64,000 nt of DNA from Hemiscyllium ocellatum (lineage: Eukaryota). Under the pieces are notes generated by a model. The model was not told the DNA's origin, did not search any database, and saw only the letters and a list, made by a program, of their open reading frames with translations. This document shows, piece by piece, positions 58,870 through 64,000 of the stretch (position 1 is its first letter; each line of letters begins with the position of its first letter). The stretch spans positions 17,752,341 through 17,816,340 of the forward strand of contig NC_083409.1 of the NCBI RefSeq assembly GCF_020745735.1, read 5' to 3'. Position numbers and translations under genes: made by a program.

Positions 58870-59400
58870 AGAGTTTTTATCTAAATGTGTGAACCATTCC
58901 GAATAAGGGAGACAAAGTGATGCCACAAATTGAGGTAAATTGAGTTCCCAAGGGATTTAAACTAGTTAAAGTGGAGGAGGGCTCATGAGAAGTTATTCAG
59001 GTTTCTAGAAGATGTAATAGGACCGAGAATATGGAAAGGATCAGGAGTTGAACATCGAACACAAGAGTTAAGAGGACAATGATGAGAAGGAAGGCAATCA
59101 GTGCAGGACTGAGGGTGTTGGACTTAAATGCACACAGTATACACAATGGGCTTGTAGTACAGATTGAAACTGGCAGGTACGATGTTGTGGGTATCACAGG
59201 GACATGGCTGTAAGGGGATCCGGGCTGGGAACTAAATATCCAAGGTTACATGTCCTATCAAAAGGACAGGCAGATGGGCAGAGGGGCAAGAGTTGCCTTG
59301 TTAGTAAGAAATGAAATTAAATCAATAGCAAGAAGTGATATAGAGTCAGAAGGTGTAGAATCTGGGTGAGTAGAGTTGAGGAACCTCAAGAGATAAAGAA
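58870..59400 (+). mobile_element. CR1 endonuclease-domain fragment
   Basis: LNA.SI.N, YDVVGIT.TWL, LNIQGY, KDRQMGRG..VALLV motifs, broken. Confidence 0.7.
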
Positions 59401-59704
59401 TCTGATTAAAGTTATGTCCAGGTCTCCAAGCAGTAATCAGGATCATGATCAGGAGGGGACAATGGGGAACACAATAATCTGATGCAAATTCCCCATCAAC
59501 GCTCATCCATCCCTTAGGCACAGCAAGATCACAAGCCAAGAAATTCAAATCAACTGTTTGGGAGCCAGAGCCACTGGGAACCCTATATTGATGAATATGA
59601 CCAGCAGGACCTTGTTACTCAGAATAACAATTGCACAATAACAATTTGGGAAATAAATATTTCATAAATTAGACCTGGGTTTTCTTTACTCTTCAAATGA
59701 GATG

Positions 59705-60825
59705 GAATTGTCCCGTGTGTCCTTGGGGTCAGAATTGGCTGTGTTGGAGGAGACAGAGGATAGTGATGAGAGGATGGTTTTCAGAATGGAGGGCTGTGAC
59801 TCGTGGGGTTCCACAGGGAACTCTGCTGTATATGGTCTACATAAATGATTTGGAGGAAAGCGTAGCTGGTCTAATTAGTAAGTTTACAATTGATACAAAG
59901 ATTGGTAGAATTGGAGATAATGAGAAGGATTATCTAGGATATGGCAGGATAGAGATCAGTTGGATGCTTGGACAGAAAAATGGCAGGTGTAGTTTAATCC
60001 AGACAAATGTGAGGTGATGCATTTTGAAAGGTGATGTACAGGTGGGAATTATATAATGAATGGCAGAATCCTTTGAAGTTTTGATATACAGAGGGATCTG
60101 GGTGTGTATGTTCACAGATCACTGAAGGTGCCAGCACAGGGAGGTAAGGCAGTAAAAAAGGCTTAGGGCATGCTTGCCTTCATTGGAAGATGCATTGAGT
60201 GTAAGGATAGACAAGTTATGCTGCAGGTTTATAGAACTTTATTCCGGCCACGCTTGGAATATGGTATACTGTTCTGATTGCATATAACTGCATACAGTCC
60301 AAAAAGAAGGATGTGGATGTTTTGAAGATGGTGCAGAAAATGTTTACCAGAATATTGTCTGGTATGGGGGGATTATAGTTCTGAAGAAAGGTTGGAGAGA
60401 CTGAGTTTGTTTTCACTGGAATGCAGGGAAATGAGGTGCATCCTGATAGAAGTTTACAGAGTTGTGAATGGGATAGGCAGAGTGGAAAATATGAGGCCTT
60501 TTCCCAGGGTGGAGGGGTCAAATACTAGGGGACGCAGGTTCAAGGTGCAGGGGTTTGGGGGGAATTAATTGTAAAGAGATGTACAAACCAAGTATTTCAC
60601 ACAAAGGGAGTTGAGTACCTGGAACACACTGCCAGAGGAGGGAGTGGAAGCAGACACAATAGAAGTATTCAAGAAATACCTGCACTAATGTATGAATAGG
60701 AACGGAATAGAGGGATATGAATCCTGTTGATGAAGATAGTTTCAGTATAGAAGGGCAAAATGTATCAGCACAGGCTTGGAGGGCCGAAGGGCCTGTTCCT
60801 GTGCTGTATTGTTCCTTGTTCTTTG
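59705..60825 (+). mobile_element. Decayed CR1 RT 3' half
   Basis: VTRGVPQG, YINDL, KCEV.HF, RDLGV, RP.LEY motifs; tail gggccgaagggcctgttcctgtgctgtattgttccttgttc. Confidence 0.85.
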
Positions 60826-61209
60826 GTCCCTGCTGTTGAATTGGATTCTCGGGAGCCAGCTCCATATGAAGAGCCTGTTCTCATTCTTTTGTTGGAGTTC
60901 ATGGGGCAGCTGCTGCTTCCTTGCTACGTCACTGATCAAACCAACAATGGGGAAAGCCTCTTGATATTTTAAGTACACTGTCTGCAGGAAAATGTTTGGC
61001 TGAGGTTTTAATATTGTTTAATAAGATAATGATATCAATACACCAGTGTTTTTTACAGCTAGGAACATTTAACATCATAGTCCTTGTTTTAAATGGACTC
61101 TCACTCATGATAATTCTGTTTTCAATGTTTCTCTCCCTTTATGTGTTATGAAGAGATTTGCCAACATGTTTTGGTGAGGACAGTGCATCTTCATTGGAAG
61201 ATTGGAAGA

Positions 61210-62350
61210 TTATATCTTCAGGACACACGCACTAAACAACCCCACCACCCTGTGGCTGACCATTTCAACTCCCCCTCTCACTTGCTAAGGATATGCAAGT
61301 CCTTAGGCCTCCTCCGCTGCCAAATTGAAGCCATCTAACAACTGGAGGAAGAGCACCACATCTTCCACCTTGAGACCCTCCAATGACATGGAATCAATGT
61401 TATAGAGTCATAGAGTCATGGAGATGTACAGCATGGAAACAGACCCTTCGATCCAACCCGTCCATGCCAACCAGATATCCCAACCCAATCTAGTCCCACC
61501 TGCCAGCACCCGGCCCATATCCCTCCAAACCCTTCCTATTCATATACACATTCAAATGCCTCTTAAATGTTGCATTTGTACCAGCCTCCACCACATCCGC
61601 TGGTAGCTCATACACGTACCACACTCTGCGTGAAAAAAGTTGCCCCTTAGGTCTCTTTTATATCTTTCCCCTCTCACCCTAAACCTATGCCCTCTAGTTC
61701 TGGACTCCCCAACCACAAGGAAAAGACGTTGTCTATTTATCCTATCTATGCCCTTCATAATTTTGTAAACCTCTATCAGGTCACCCCTCAGCCTCTGACG
61801 CTCCAGGGAAAACAGCCCCAACCTGTTCAGCCTCTCCCTGTAGCTCAGATCCTCCAACCCTGGCAACATCCTTGTAAATCTTTTCTGAACCCTTTCAATT
61901 TTCACAACATCTTTCCGATAGGAAGGAGACCAGAATTGTATGCACTATTCCAACAGTAGCCTAACCAATGTCTGTACAGCCGCAACATGACCTCCCAACT
62001 CCTGTACTCAATACTCTGAATGTTGATGTTACTTGTTTCCTCATCTCCACTCCCCCAGCTTATCCCAGATCCAACCCTCCAACTTGGCACCACCCTCTTG
62101 AACCTGTCCATCTTCCTTCCCACCTATCCACTCCACCCTTCACTCTGACCTATCACTGTCACCCCCCACCTCCACGTACCTATTGCAATCTTCATTACCT
62201 TTTCCCCAGCCCCAATTCCCTCCCATTTATCTCACCGACTCCTCACTCCCTCCTCCCCATTCCCCTGATGAAGAGCTTATGCTCAAAACATCGACTCTCC
62301 TGCTCCAGGGATACTGCCTGACCGGCCGTGCTTTTCCAGCGCTACATGAT
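61210..62350 (+). mobile_element. Neptune-type Penelope 3' end interrupted by a CR1 insertion
   Basis: HPVADHFNSPSH, QLEEEH GIY-YIG tail, C-rich 3' region and degenerate CTGATGA core at 62265; CR1 inserted between two aatgtt copies. Confidence 0.65.
61402..62010 (-). mobile_element. CR1 LINE 3' end
   Basis: ORF 61552-61905 (KIERVQKRFTRMLPGLEDLSYRERL); tail (atagagtc)n. Confidence 0.9.
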
Positions 62351-62539
62351 TTCACTCTGTGCTGTGGTAACAGAGTGTTAAAGCCCAGCGCAGGTCATCC
62401 GTCATCTCAATCAGATCACAGGGTCTAAGGTTGGTCAGTAATGTCTGGCCCCAGGACAATAACACTGACTAACTGGAGACAACCCAGATCAAGTCCCAGC
62501 GAGAGTGTTCTTGACATTCACACTCAAAGCCCACCAAGA

Positions 62540-64000
62540 AGGGGACAAACTGGATGTATAAAAAGGAAGTTGAAGGGAAAGTTAGAACAAGAGAAGTCAA
62601 GAAGGACAACTGTAGCAATGAGGCAGAAAATTTGAAAAGGGATCATGCTGTAAGGTTGAGTGGAATAGGGGTTGATGGGAAGGGTGAGAGCAGTAACAAA
62701 TTAAAAATACTGTGTATGAATGCACGAAGCATTAGAAATAAGATGGATGAGCTTGAGGCTCCTTTGGAAATTGGCAGATACGATATTGTGGGGATAACTG
62801 AGACGTGGCTTCAAGTGGACAGGGCCTGGGAAATGAATATTCAAGGCTACACGTGCTATCGTAAGGACAGACTGACAGGCAGAGGGGGTGGAGTGGCCTT
62901 GTTGGTAAGGGAGGATATTCAGTCCCTTGCGCGGGGGGACCTAGAGTCAGGGGATGTAGAGTCAGTGTGGATAGAGCTGCGAAATACTAAAGGTAAAAAG
63001 ACCCTCTTGGGAGTCATCTACAGGCCCCCAAACAGTAGTCTGGATGTCGGATGAAAGTTAAATCAGGAGCTGAAATTGACCTGTGGTAAAGATGTTACTA
63101 CAGTTGTTATGGGGGATTTTAACATGCTGGTAGACTGGGAGAATCAGGATGGTATTGGACCTTATGAAAGAGACTTTGTGGAGTGCCTCAGAGATAGATT
63201 CTTAGAGCAGCTGGTGCTGGAGCCGACCAGGGAGAAGGCAATTCTGGATCTAATGTTGTGTAATGAACCAGAATTGGTCAGAGACCTCGAAGTGAAGGAG
63301 CCATTGGGAAGTAGTGACCATAATACAATAAGTTTCAATCTGCAATTTGAGAGGGAGAGGTACAGTCGGAAGTGACAGTACTTCTGTTGAATAAAGGGAA
63401 CTATGGAGCTATGAGGGAGGAGCTGGCCAAAGTTCAATGGTGCAATACCTTAGCAGGGATGACCGTGGTGGAACAATGGCGGGTATTTCTGTGTATAATG
63501 CAGAAGTTGCAGGATCAGTTCATTCCTAAAAGGAAGAAAGATCCCAGGAGGAGGCATGTGCGGCCGTGGCTAACGAGGGAAGTTAAGAACCATATAAAGT
63601 TAAAAGAGAAAAAGTATAACAGAGCAAAGATAAGTGGGAAAACAGAGGACTGGGAAGCTTTTAAAGAACAACAGAGGATTACTAAGAAGGAAATACGCAG
63701 AGGCAAAATGAGGTACGAAGGTAAACTGGCCAATAATATAAAGGAAGATAGTAAAAGCTTTTTCAAGTATGTGCAAGGCAAAAAAATGGTTATGACTAAA
63801 ATTGGGCCCTTGAAGACAGAAACAGTGGAATATATTACAGGGAACAAAGAAATGGCAGAAGAATTAAATGGGTACTTCAGATCTGTGTTCACTGGGGAAG
63901 ACACAAGCAATCTCCCTGAGGTAACAGTGACTGAAGGACCTGAACTTAAGGGAATCTGTATTTGCCAGGATTTGGTGTTGGAGAGACTGTTAGGTCTGAA
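62540..64000 (+). mobile_element. CR1 LINE (ORF1 end and endonuclease domain), runs off window end
   Basis: KILCMNARSIRNK, YDIVGITETWL, GRGGGVALLV, IYRPPNS, VMGDFN, GSSDHN; in-frame stops present. Confidence 0.9.

Noticed and set aside
59482-59489. Octamer ATGCAAAT in the putative J-C intron
   Set aside because: At least three other octamers occur elsewhere in the window (12072, 19738, 45706), consistent with chance in AT-rich DNA; no leader or V exon follows.

Overview
Repeat-rich, intron-containing cartilaginous-fish (shark) genomic DNA, judged from HE1 V-SINEs, DeuSINEs, CR1 LINEs and a shark-type Ig light-chain exon. Host features, all on the minus strand: (1) a rearranged CEP350-like gene (19.6 kb to the window start). 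Eight exons splice into one open frame, but the block encoding roughly residues 133-1240 of human CEP350 is absent, the exon-5 equivalent joining the exon-16 equivalent in phase. The ATG exon is tandemly duplicated with ATG changed to TTG, and the small exon 3 was not found. (2) A shark type I (NS5/sigma-cart-like) Ig light-chain constant exon at 55842-55515 with a 1-nt deletion near its end and no V or J in the window. (3) An unidentified decayed coding-like exon at 47.8-46.5 kb. Mobile DNA: a head-to-tail pair of Tx1/L1-clade retrotransposons (one with both ORFs intact) sharing one 14-bp TSD inside a hAT MITE; a Penelope insertion with an internal inversion and hammerhead motifs; a decayed Neptune-type Penelope; an ERV env plus 3' LTR without gag/pol; Tigger MITEs; many CR1 and SINE fragments. 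A full-consensus CTCF motif with kB-like and E-box neighbours lies 9.3 kb 3' of the IgL exon. Human CEP350 and shark IgL comparisons are from memory and need alignment confirmation.
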